A DNA stretch of 64,000 nt, from the NCBI GenBank assembly GCA_963701855.1, contig CAVPBK010000006.1, forward strand, positions 1,248,001 to 1,312,000, given 5' to 3'. A model generated the notes under the pieces. The model made no database searches and was not told where the DNA came from. It was given only the letters and a program-made list of their open reading frames with translations. Shown here piece by piece: positions 42,452-51,036 of this stretch (position 1 is the stretch's first letter; each line of letters starts with the position of its first letter). The position numbers and the translations under genes are program-made. Source of the stretch: Nitrospirota bacterium (GTDB taxonomy: Bacteria > Nitrospirota > Nitrospiria > Nitrospirales > Nitrospiraceae).

Positions 42452-42704
42452 TCGTAGGAGGAGGAAGATCAGAGCAAAACTCCTGACAATGAGCCATGGC
42501 GAGAGAAATATGAATGGTAGCGTGCAGCGAAACTGTAGGAGATGGGAGAAGTTCGATGAGTCAAACGTCGTTCATTCAGCAGGATAGACGCTGTAGTCGG
42601 TTGCCTACAGATAGACAATGAAGAGTGAGACGGAGCGAAGCGATACTGCACCTGCTTCAATTATGAAGCGCACGCTCCTGTTGTTTTAGAGTGTGAGACC
42701 CATC

Positions 42705-42749
42705 GGCCCCGTCGTCTCCGTCCTCGATGGTGACACGATCGAAGTCCTG
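42705..42749 (+). pseudogene. Thermonuclease (SNase) N-terminal remnant
   Basis: Translates GPVVSVLDGDTIEVL, the DGDT motif of staphylococcal-nuclease homologues; no continuation. Confidence 0.55.
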
Positions 42750-42763
42750 TCTTTTTGGCAAAA

Positions 42764-43726
42764 ATGGAAACTCCGATGCACCCAGATGAGAGATTCAGAG
42801 GGTGTCTATTAGGGCTAGCCGTCGGTGATGCCGTCGGCACGACGTTGGAGTTCCGGCTGCGAGGTACTTTCCAGCCCATCACGGACATGGTTGGTGGGGG
42901 ACCATTCCGACTTCTACCCGGTCAGTGGACCGATGATACATCAATGGCGCTCTGTCTGGCGACCAGTCTTGTCGAACGAGGCGGATTCGATCCCGTCGAT
43001 CAAATGAGCCGGTACTGTCAGTGGGCGGATCATGGCTACCTCAGCAGCACTGGAACCTGCTTCGACATTGGCACTACCGTAGTGCGCTCGCTCCGGCGTT
43101 ACCAACGTGATGGGAATCCCTATGCCGGCTCACCAGACCCAGATCTCGCAGGTAACGGGTGCATCATGCGTCTGGCTCCTATTCCGATGTACTACTTCCC
43201 TGATCTGAATGCGGTAGAGCACTTCGCGGCGAACAGCTCCCGCACCACGCATGGTGCAGAGGAGTGCATCGATGCCAGTCGTCTCTTTGCAAGAATCATT
43301 TGTCGCGCACTCCTTGGCAACTCAAAGAATGAAGTTCTCCTCGGAGATTCTGATTCGTTCGTCGCCGGGGAACGTGTGACAGCGATCGCGCGCGGATCGT
43401 ATCGGGAAAAACCAGAGGCTGAAATTGCTGGATCCGGCTATGTCGTGCAAAGCTTGGAGGCCGCGCTGTGGGTGTTCGCTCGCACGCACAGCTTTGCGGA
43501 CGCGATTCTCATGGCCGCCAACCTTGGCAACGATGCTGACACGACTGCCGCAGTGTGCGGGCAGGTCGCTGGTGCCTACTACGGCGAGTCGGAAATTCCT
43601 TCACATTGGTTGGAGCGATTGGCGCTTCGTTCGGAAATCACTCAACTGGCTACTCAGCTTGGTACCACACCAAGAAAAGCGACCCAACTTACGGATGATA
43701 CTGACATCGACACGTGCTTGTCCTAA
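42764..43726 (+). CDS. ADP-ribosylglycohydrolase (DraG/ARH family)
   Basis: GLAVGDAVG, WTDDTSM, GNGCIMR, TTH and DADTTAA motifs. Confidence 0.93.
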   Translation: METPMHPDERFRGCLLGLAVGDAVGTTLEFRLRGTFQPITDMVGGGPFRLLPGQWTDDTSMALCLATSLVERGGFDPVDQMSRYCQWADHGYLSSTGTCFDIGTTVVRSLRRYQRDGNPYAGSPDPDLAGNGCIMRLAPIPMYYFPDLNAVEHFAANSSRTTHGAEECIDASRLFARIICRALLGNSKNEVLLGDSDSFVAGERVTAIARGSYREKPEAEIAGSGYVVQSLEAALWVFARTHSFADAILMAANLGNDADTTAAVCGQVAGAYYGESEIPSHWLERLALRSEITQLATQLGTTPRKATQLTDDTDIDTCLS

Positions 43727-44026
43727 TTTCGACAGGCTATTCCTCGAATTGTGCTCATTTTGTGTTCAACGCTACCGCGCTCCAGCTCATTCCCGTCTAT
43801 TCCAAGCAGATTTCCGGTTCATGCAAACCTTGGCTGGGGCCCATTGAGATCTCTCCGAGCAGTCTGCCAAATGCTTTGCCATTTTCAGATTTGTAGGATA
43901 CCTGTATAGAACCTAGGACTGAAAGGATCGAGTATTCATACAGCGGCTACCACAAGACTGGCTGGTTATTGACCTCCCACATTTCCTGCACGTGTGAACA
44001 AAAGACAGTTTCAAGAGGAGTTTTCC

Positions 44027-44803
44027 ATGAGCGACCCTGATTTTCCTCGCCTTACCCTCCCCGAATATAGGATCCTCGTGAAGTCACTTCCCAGGCCAAC
44101 CCTTTCGCAGATGCAACAATTCGCCGTGTTCGTCTCGAATGCCCACAGCTGGTATAGAGATCTTCCGTATCTTCCCCCTGGCCTGCCCTTTTACTTCTTC
44201 CTCGATCCGGCAGCTGGAATGCAACTTGCTGTGAGCCCGCAGGATTCGGTCGATGCCATTCATCGGAGCGAAGGGGGGTTCCATTACTCCTGGCTGCCTA
44301 CCGATGAGTACCGAAATCGATTCGGCTATCTCGCCTATAGCCGAATCACAGGAACGAACTTCTCTTCTCGGTCGGACGATGGAACCTGGCTAATTAGCTC
44401 GGACGTTGGTTCGAGAATCTACGATCCTGCTTCTCACCGCTTGTTCCAGCTTCCCACACAAGTACGCAGAGTAGGCCGAGCGTTCGTCAGTGCGGTTGCC
44501 CACGCCAGCACAATCTATCATTTCTGGCTGGGGATGGTCAGGATGAATACGCCCTTGAATTGGCCCGAAGAGAGCGGAGGGATGGAGGCCGTCACAAAGA
44601 TACTCGACCGGTGTCGTGTGCTAGAGCAAGACCCCTCGCGCAAAGAATACTACCAAGGAACTCTGGATTCGGATCATATCAATCTGGGGTTCGTCGACTA
44701 TCCCCTGTATCAACTCCTTGATCCGGAGCGACAGCGTCAGCACGCAGGCATGGTATCAGCTATGAAACGGGTAATTGAACTCGTGGATAAGAGTTCCGTC
44801 TAA
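44027..44803 (+). CDS. Hypothetical protein
   Basis: GAGGAG RBS; 258 aa; AHSWY..LP segment; stop lies within GTCTAAC. Confidence 0.7.
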   Translation: MSDPDFPRLTLPEYRILVKSLPRPTLSQMQQFAVFVSNAHSWYRDLPYLPPGLPFYFFLDPAAGMQLAVSPQDSVDAIHRSEGGFHYSWLPTDEYRNRFGYLAYSRITGTNFSSRSDDGTWLISSDVGSRIYDPASHRLFQLPTQVRRVGRAFVSAVAHASTIYHFWLGMVRMNTPLNWPEESGGMEAVTKILDRCRVLEQDPSRKEYYQGTLDSDHINLGFVDYPLYQLLDPERQRQHAGMVSAMKRVIELVDKSSV

Positions 44804-44871
44804 CAAGATGCTGCAACTGGCACCACGCGCTTTATAGGGATAGTCTAATTTAGGCGGACGGTGAGCACGAT

Positions 44872-45096
44872 ATGAGCGCTGGCCCAGCGATCGAATACCC
44901 CCGGTTCAACTGGATCGAAAATGGCAAGGTCGCTGGTGCGCCTCATCCCGATCTGAATGAGGGGCTGCGGGCTATCGTCCCGTTCCTCCGTGGCCAAGGC
45001 ATCGGTGGTATCGTCACATTTACATATAGATCCAGACATGCGCAAGCTCCTGGATTTATAGACTCGATGCTGACAGGGAACGTTAGACCATCATAA
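44872..45096 (+). pseudogene. Truncated PTP/dual-specificity phosphatase-like gene
   Basis: PRFNWIENGKVAGAPHP...LRGQGIGGIVT resembles the DSP/PTP N-terminus; no CX5R follows. Confidence 0.55.
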
Positions 45097-45390
45097 TATT
45101 GCCCTCGCCCACCACCGCCCGAGGAGATAAGATGGCTTGGGTCATCAGGTGGACGATTCAACATCGTCATGACGAATTCATTATTTGTGGCGCAGCACCA
45201 CCATCGTCGGTGAAGAAGGCGAGGTTTTGAAAGAACGGGACCTCGTTGAGCGTAACGACTTCTGAGCGAAGACCTCAAACAAAAAACTCGGTTTCGCAAA
45301 GCCTGTCAGGACTTCTTGACAGGCTACCGAAACCCTGTGTTAAGGTCAGGCGTTTTCGGCAGTGAATTCTAACCCTGGAGGGAGATAAGG

Positions 45391-45735
45391 TTGATCAGAA
45401 AATTCTACCGTGGTGTCCTCATTCTGGCTGCGCTTGGAGCGTTCGTTGATGTGCCCATGGTGAACGCCCACCCGTCGCCCTTGGGTAATGTCAGGGAGGC
45501 CATCGACCACGCCAAGCAAGCGGTGGCCCATGGCAAAGAGGGGCATGCTGAGGAGCTTGTGAAACATGCGGAAACGTCGCTGGAGTTTGCGAAGATGGGA
45601 GGTAGAGGCTCGCATTTGAGCGAAGGGATTAATCATCTCAACGAAGCCATAGAACATGGCAAAGCTGGTCACGCCGACGTGGGCACCGAACACGTCGAAG
45701 CCGCCCTACAGCATTTGATGTCTGAGATCGAATGA
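45391..45735 (+). CDS. smbP: Small metal-binding protein SmbP-like
   Basis: Signal peptide; heptad His repeats EAIDHAKQAVAHGKEGHAEELVKHA...HLNEAIEHGKAGHAD. Confidence 0.85.
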   Translation: MIRKFYRGVLILAALGAFVDVPMVNAHPSPLGNVREAIDHAKQAVAHGKEGHAEELVKHAETSLEFAKMGGRGSHLSEGINHLNEAIEHGKAGHADVGTEHVEAALQHLMSEIE

Positions 45736-45949
45736 CGGACATTCTCACGAGCGCATGCAGGGGGCGGTAGAATTCCCTCTTCCTTCTCAGTCGCGGTCTG
45801 AGGGGACTGGCGTGATGGATGCGGAAACAAACAGCGGAACCTACACTCCTTTCGCGTCGTCACAGACGGCGGTTCCAGAATTGGAGCCGTCGTTCCCGTT
45901 TGGCTCTTGCAAGGGTGCCAGGCCGGATGGTACCCACGTCAATAAAAAT

Positions 45950-45979
45950 GTTCTGAAATCGTTCGCGCGCTCACCCCAT
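45950..45979 (+). repeat. att-like direct repeat copy 1
   Basis: GTTCTGAAATCGTTCGCGCGCTCACCCCAT; 29/30 identical to 50342-50371; 3' part matches the tRNA-His end. Confidence 0.9.
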
Positions 45980-46076
45980 TAAACCTTTAAGCACAGCTGC
46001 TAGAGCTGATTTTCAGCGTTCAGCGCCTCCCAAAAGTTGTAGCAGCTACAGTCGAGCTACACTTTTTGGAGGTTTT

Positions 46077-46862
46077 ATGTCTACAGTTTTTCTCCACCCC
46101 AAGCGCAAAACCTACTACCATCGTTCTGTCGTCCCTCGCAGGCTCCAGCCCTACTTCAAGGGTCGTCAACAGCTTTGGCGAAGTCTCAAGACAGAAAACA
46201 AGGACGAGGCTACACTGAAGTCCGCACAGTGGACGGCCAGAATCCAGCACCTCGTTATGACACTCAAGAAGCAGGGAGACCGTATGACCGACGAACAACG
46301 TGAAGCCTTGGTCGCGCATTGGCTGGAAGTCGAGCTGGATGAAGCTGAGGATACCCGAACCTTAAACGGTTACGCCTCTGACGACTATCAGGAAGGGGTC
46401 TGGCACGTACTATCAGACTTAGGCGACGCAGCGCATGAAGCCCTGGTCACGAATAACTGGAAGAAGGTGGAGCGTGAAGCCGATGCTCTCCTACAGGCTG
46501 CTGGGCAACACGCCCTCGATCATGAGGGGGCAGACTTCGGACGCTTGTGTCGTCGGCTCCTGGTGGCGAAGCAGGAGTACTTGCGGATCGAATCTGAGCG
46601 ATGGGAGGGAAGTGCGTCAACAACCATTCCGGTAGTGTGTGCAGAGTGGAAGCTGTGTGGCAGCAAGGCCGCGTGGCTCCATCAGACGATAAGTCAGCGA
46701 CCGGAATTGGATTGGTACTGGATCGATGACGACATGTCCGCAAAGGAACTAGAGAACAATCAACTTCCGCAGGAACGGTGTGTTCAGGTTTCACCGACAG
46801 GTGCGGGGAGGCTGGGGGAATTGCGCGAGGAGTTGGAGCGGTTGAGGAGCACACGCGCATGA
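46077..46862 (+). pseudogene. Integrase N-terminus (DUF6538-like) lacking catalytic domain, fused to a HAD C-terminal fragment
   Basis: YYHRSVVPRRLQ...LWRSLKT..EA typical of island integrase N-termini; ends in W...K..W...WYWIDDD...CVQVSP.G..L.EL, paralogous to the next gene. Confidence 0.65.
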
Positions 46863-47374
46863 ACATGAAGCCAATTCTCTTCCATGACATTGACGGAGTA
46901 ATCTTCGGGTACTACGGGCCAGCCGGACACCTCCAACTCCGACCGGGCGTCGCCGATTGGGTGCAGTGGGTACACGAACACTTCACCGTTATTTGGTTTT
47001 CTGTACGGAGGGAAACGCAAGTGCGTGAACTCATGCGAAGTCTCTGCATTGAGCAGTTTGGGACGGTACATGTCGCCCAGTGGAACAGTTACTCCGACAA
47101 AGAGCCATGGCTCGCTAAGGAGGTGCAGAAGTTGAATGGTAAGCCCTGGTTATGGATCGACGATCACATTGCCAGTCCGAGCAGGCTGGAGTTCCTGGGC
47201 CTGGCTGCGGAGAACTGTATTCGAGTGTGCCCTGAGGGGCCTGATGAATTAGTCGAGCTGAAGAAGACCCTTGAGAGTCGATTAGAACGGTTTTCGGGGT
47301 CGGAACGGTCTTCGAGCGCGCCTCGGGGCGGAGATTTCAGCGACGGCGGCTCTGCCAGCCTCGGTGAGGCTTGA
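46859..47374 (+). CDS. HAD domain protein, Swiss-Army-knife RNA-repair type
   Basis: ILFHDIDGVI (motif I), K and WLWIDD (motif IV). Confidence 0.7.
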   Translation: MNMKPILFHDIDGVIFGYYGPAGHLQLRPGVADWVQWVHEHFTVIWFSVRRETQVRELMRSLCIEQFGTVHVAQWNSYSDKEPWLAKEVQKLNGKPWLWIDDHIASPSRLEFLGLAAENCIRVCPEGPDELVELKKTLESRLERFSGSERSSSAPRGGDFSDGGSASLGEA

Positions 47375-47387
47375 CGAAGATGAATGG

Positions 47388-48563
47388 CTACCAGTCCATG
47401 TTCGCCGCATCGTCGAACTGGTGCGTCAGCCGACCCACAAATTCTGTCATTGACTCAATTGAGCTCATTGCTCGTTCATAGGTTCCATCTGCCGCTAAAG
47501 TAAGAATTATTGGAAGTGAGCTCTTCTGGATATAGAGCTCCGCTGGAGCTCGGCTACCAGACCAAAGATAAGAGACAAAATCCTCGATTACCTCTATAGC
47601 TGCATCAGCATGGAAGTCGAGGCCTTCGCCTAACCTGAACTTTCTGCTTCCAGTTCTATGAGGAAGTAACACGGGTACGGCTCCTGCCCCCGAGTGGAAT
47701 GTGAACGCCTCGCCTTCCTTGCCAAAGGCTCCGTGTGCAATATAGTTGCGAAGTTCCTTCCGAATAGCGACAAGTTTATCGTAGAACTTCTTTGCTTCCG
47801 GATCTGTCAGGGTTATGGCCGCTTTGTACTTGTCCCCCCAATCTGCCTCTGCGAGAGAAGCAACCGCTATTGCTTCGGTTAGCCCTCCGTTTAATATCGC
47901 TATATGAATGAAGGCCTGTTCTGTCCAGTTGAAGAAAGCTTCCACTGCGGCAAGGGCAAGCCACATCGCCTCCTTTTTGAGAAGGAAGGCGGGAAAGGAT
48001 ATTGACTGCCATGTACCGTATTCTGACGATCCGTTCTGGACTATCCGCTCATCTTTTCTTTCAATAGACTCCTTCGTCTTTTGCCGATAGGCGTCTAAGA
48101 AATATCTATATCGTTCAAACAAATCGGAACTGTTATTGATAACGTTAACATGTGATTGGCGAACCGCCTGTTCGGCAAGCCAGTCGAAAAACGGACGTGC
48201 CACTTTGACGGCCTTCTGAATCCGCGCTACAATTTCTTTCGCCGCGTCCTCTTCTTTTTTCGGGTTATGAGCGAAGACTCCAAGGCCAAGCTTCCGGTGT
48301 TCGATTAGGAAAGCCTGTCCGTCAAAGTCAATTGGTACCGACCAAGCCACCTTCTCAAACTTGCCTGAATGCTCGAATCTCAGTAAATCAACCAAGAGAA
48401 AGTAGACGAGGTAGTAGGGAGGAAGCGTATCCCCTGCGTCGGTGAGCTTTGCGTTGAAGTTCTTGTGTCCTCGGGTTTTTGGACCGGCAGGCTTGACAGG
48501 GCTAAGGGCTCTCCTGGCTGCGGATTGAACATCTTTCAATTTGGGAGGTAAGGCCTGCTTCAT
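47388..48563 (-). CDS. Hypothetical protein with HEPN-like RX4H motif
   Basis: ALAAVEAFFNWTE...IRKELRNYIAHG; AT-richer. Confidence 0.6.
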   Translation of the reverse strand: MKQALPPKLKDVQSAARRALSPVKPAGPKTRGHKNFNAKLTDAGDTLPPYYLVYFLLVDLLRFEHSGKFEKVAWSVPIDFDGQAFLIEHRKLGLGVFAHNPKKEEDAAKEIVARIQKAVKVARPFFDWLAEQAVRQSHVNVINNSSDLFERYRYFLDAYRQKTKESIERKDERIVQNGSSEYGTWQSISFPAFLLKKEAMWLALAAVEAFFNWTEQAFIHIAILNGGLTEAIAVASLAEADWGDKYKAAITLTDPEAKKFYDKLVAIRKELRNYIAHGAFGKEGEAFTFHSGAGAVPVLLPHRTGSRKFRLGEGLDFHADAAIEVIEDFVSYLWSGSRAPAELYIQKSSLPIILTLAADGTYERAMSSIESMTEFVGRLTHQFDDAANMDW

Positions 48564-48778
48564 CGCTTTCCAGAGGTCTATAAGCGCCGGATTCTAGCCT
48601 TGTTGCTGGCCGTTCACAAGCCGATACCGACACCGCAACTCAATTGCTCCATCTCGCCTTGCGCCGTCGTTCACGCCCTCCACGAGGTAAATCTTGACAC
48701 CTTCACCACGGCGGGCCTAGGCTTGCGCCCTCGTCAACAACCTTCATAAAATGTGCATCCCTGAGAGTAAATTCCACA

Positions 48779-49216
48779 ATGAAACTCTCGCCTAAGGCAC
48801 GCAAACAAGTCGATGAGAAGGCACGCCTCAAAGGACGCCTGAGGCTTGTGCGGAAACTCCTTGTCGTGTTCGGGTTGATATTTGTGGTTTCAGTTTTCGT
48901 TGCCCAGCAATCCCCTGAAAAGCAAGCACCGGACGAGAAAGACGCGAAGCTGCGCTATGACATCTGTACAGGAAAGTTAAAACAAGCCAAGGAACTCGAT
49001 GTGCTGTCTGACCTGAATGCCAAGGGATCAAGCATCAAGGTAACTGTTGGTCCTGCGTTTTTTACTGTGCCGATTGACATTCAACAAGAGTTTGCAAGGA
49101 CCGTGAACTGCTTCTTCGTCAAGGGAGCAGACAGAGGCGTATCGTTTGATTTGATCCACTGGCAGACCGGAAAGAAGGTCGCTAGCTGGAATGGAGACCG
49201 TTTGGACGTGGACTGA
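48779..49216 (+). CDS. Membrane-anchored hypothetical protein
   Basis: 145 aa ORF with one TM segment. Confidence 0.6.
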   Translation: MKLSPKARKQVDEKARLKGRLRLVRKLLVVFGLIFVVSVFVAQQSPEKQAPDEKDAKLRYDICTGKLKQAKELDVLSDLNAKGSSIKVTVGPAFFTVPIDIQQEFARTVNCFFVKGADRGVSFDLIHWQTGKKVASWNGDRLDVD

Positions 49217-49281
49217 ATCAACTGGCCCTTGCGTCTTCGTTCGGTTCCCTTTTACAATGCGCCTCCCTGCGAGGGATTCTC

Positions 49282-49701
49282 ATGTTGCTCACTATTTTTT
49301 GGTCGGTGCTAGCCTTCATCTTCTTGAATAGTGTTCCCGCACATGCAGAGTGGCGCCCGATTACCTACGCCGCGGGCTCTGGGGGCTTTACAATCTACGT
49401 TGATCCTGCCACGGTTCTCCGTCAAGGAGACCTTGTGAAGATGTTGGTGTTGTACGACTTCAGGTTTGTACAAGCCATTAAAGGTATATCGTATTTGTCT
49501 GCCACATGGCAGCAGCAGTTCGACTGCGCAGAACATCGCTCCCGTCACCTTTCGTATAAGTATCACTCAGACAACAGGGGAAATGGTAAGGTGATGTTTG
49601 CGGGTGATGACGAAGGCAGCAAGTGGAGTCCGGTCGCACCAAAAAGCGCCGCTGCCATTCTGTGGAACATTGGATGTGACAAAGATAGACAGCCCACCTG
49701 A
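49282..49701 (+). CDS. Surface-adhesin E-like exported protein
   Basis: AHAEW...YVDPAT...LYDF...FDC...G.G...W.PVAP.S....LW..GC pattern. Confidence 0.7.
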   Translation: MLLTIFWSVLAFIFLNSVPAHAEWRPITYAAGSGGFTIYVDPATVLRQGDLVKMLVLYDFRFVQAIKGISYLSATWQQQFDCAEHRSRHLSYKYHSDNRGNGKVMFAGDDEGSKWSPVAPKSAAAILWNIGCDKDRQPT

Positions 49702-49793
49702 ATCTTAAGCTATCGCATCTTCAGCCAGGAGTGATTAATCTGTAGGTGGTAGATTTCTAGAGACGCACGGGCAGGCCACCGATCAGGAGGAAA

Positions 49794-50069
49794 GTGGGCA
49801 TGCGATTCAGCCACAAGGCGACAGAACCAGTAGAAGAATTTGAGGGAGATTTCTCCGAGTTCCGATGGCAGGAAATTGCTCGAAATCGCATCACCATTGG
49901 TCTTGAACTCGATAGACTGTGGAATAAATTAATGAAAGGCGAGTTCCTTCCCACTAGTCTTACAGGCTCTGAGCCTAAAACTCATTCTGAGAAGCTACGG
50001 GTCATGATGGACACGTACAAAATTGATGAGCAGGCCATAGAAGACTTTGACCTTGTTGACGCCGTGTAA
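49794..50069 (+). CDS. Small hypothetical protein
   Basis: AGGAGG RBS before GTG; 91 aa. Confidence 0.45.
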   Translation: MGMRFSHKATEPVEEFEGDFSEFRWQEIARNRITIGLELDRLWNKLMKGEFLPTSLTGSEPKTHSEKLRVMMDTYKIDEQAIEDFDLVDAV

Positions 50070-50341
50070 GGACACGCCTCGATCAGCTTCTGTGCTGGCC
50101 TATAATAGGCCTGAGGTCCTCAAGGCGTACCTCTCCAAACTATCACTGACGTTCTGGCAGACTCTACTAACTACGCTGATTCTTACAGAGTCGCCTCCAA
50201 GAGGTTCTGTGCCTGAACGAGGGTCAGTCCGCTAAGGATGTGCGTTTCCAAGCCCCTCCTATGTGGACGCTTAAGCCCCTATGGTGGTTCTATCCAGGGA
50301 TCAATTCCAGACAGGTTAGGTCTGGTGTGCTTAACAGAAAA

Positions 50342-50371
50342 GTTCTGAAATCGTTCGCGCACTCACCCCAT
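50342..50371 (+). repeat. att-like direct repeat copy 2
   Basis: GTTCTGAAATCGTTCGCGCACTCACCCCAT; last 12 bp identical to tRNA-His 39870-39881. Confidence 0.9.
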
Positions 50372-50607
50372 ACATTTTTCTTTATAATCAGTTTTCTTCA
50401 CGCCAGCCCTTTTCCATTCTCGAACTTTCTTTTAACATTGGGGCCAATAACCTGTCAGGAACGCCTAGCACTCGTTCGATTTTTCCCGGGTTTTGGCGTA
50501 TCCTTCCAGCTGGTTCAAAAAGAAATGATTTGACGATAGCTGCCGAGCGTTGTTTTCCAAAGGGCTACTCATCAAAATGATTCCAGGTTTAATCCTGTTT
50601 CAGTGAG

Positions 50608-50886
50608 ATGATGGCCGCCGAACAACTTGCTTCACATCTTTCTTCCGTACTCATTGTGGAAGGAAGCACCATCAATACGGTAGATATCACCGGCGTGGAA
50701 ATGCTCGAATCCCTTGCCGGAGATCTGGCCGCAAGGGGCGTTCGCTTAGGCCTTGCGAACTTAAGATGTGAAGTGTGCAACAAACTCAAAAGCGCCGGGG
50801 TAGTGGAACGCACCGGTGCCAATTCCCTCTTCCAGACTCTCAACACCACGAGCGACACCTTCCTCCATCGTGTGAGAAGATCCTAG
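50608..50886 (+). pseudogene. STAS domain fragment (SulP-type C-terminus)
   Basis: INTVDITGVEML..L...GVRLGLAN; no transporter domain upstream. Confidence 0.6.
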
Positions 50887-51036
50887 AGGTCTGAAATGCA
50901 ATTTGATTTTCAACCGACCGACGATCGGCCTAGCATCACGACATGCCTTCCTGAAGGGGCCTGAACGGGATTGCCAGTACTTTGTGCCAACCCATAGGCT
51001 GCACATTCCCAACATTTTCCGCCTGGAACTGTTGAT

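Larger units (their letters stand above)
39881..50371. mobile_element. Tandem, decayed genomic islands integrated at tRNA-His
   Basis: tRNA 3' end C(A/G)CTCACCCCAT recurs at 45968-45979 and 50360-50371; integrase N-terminus follows the first copy; IS remnants and pseudogenes inside. Confidence 0.75.

Noticed and set aside
41294..42457. 387-aa plus-strand ORF with repeats
   Set aside because: Antisense shadow of the secreted protein on the minus strand
43683..43730. Possible attC left half (ACCCAAC...) at the end of the ARH gene
   Set aside because: No matching L'/R' half; too degenerate to call
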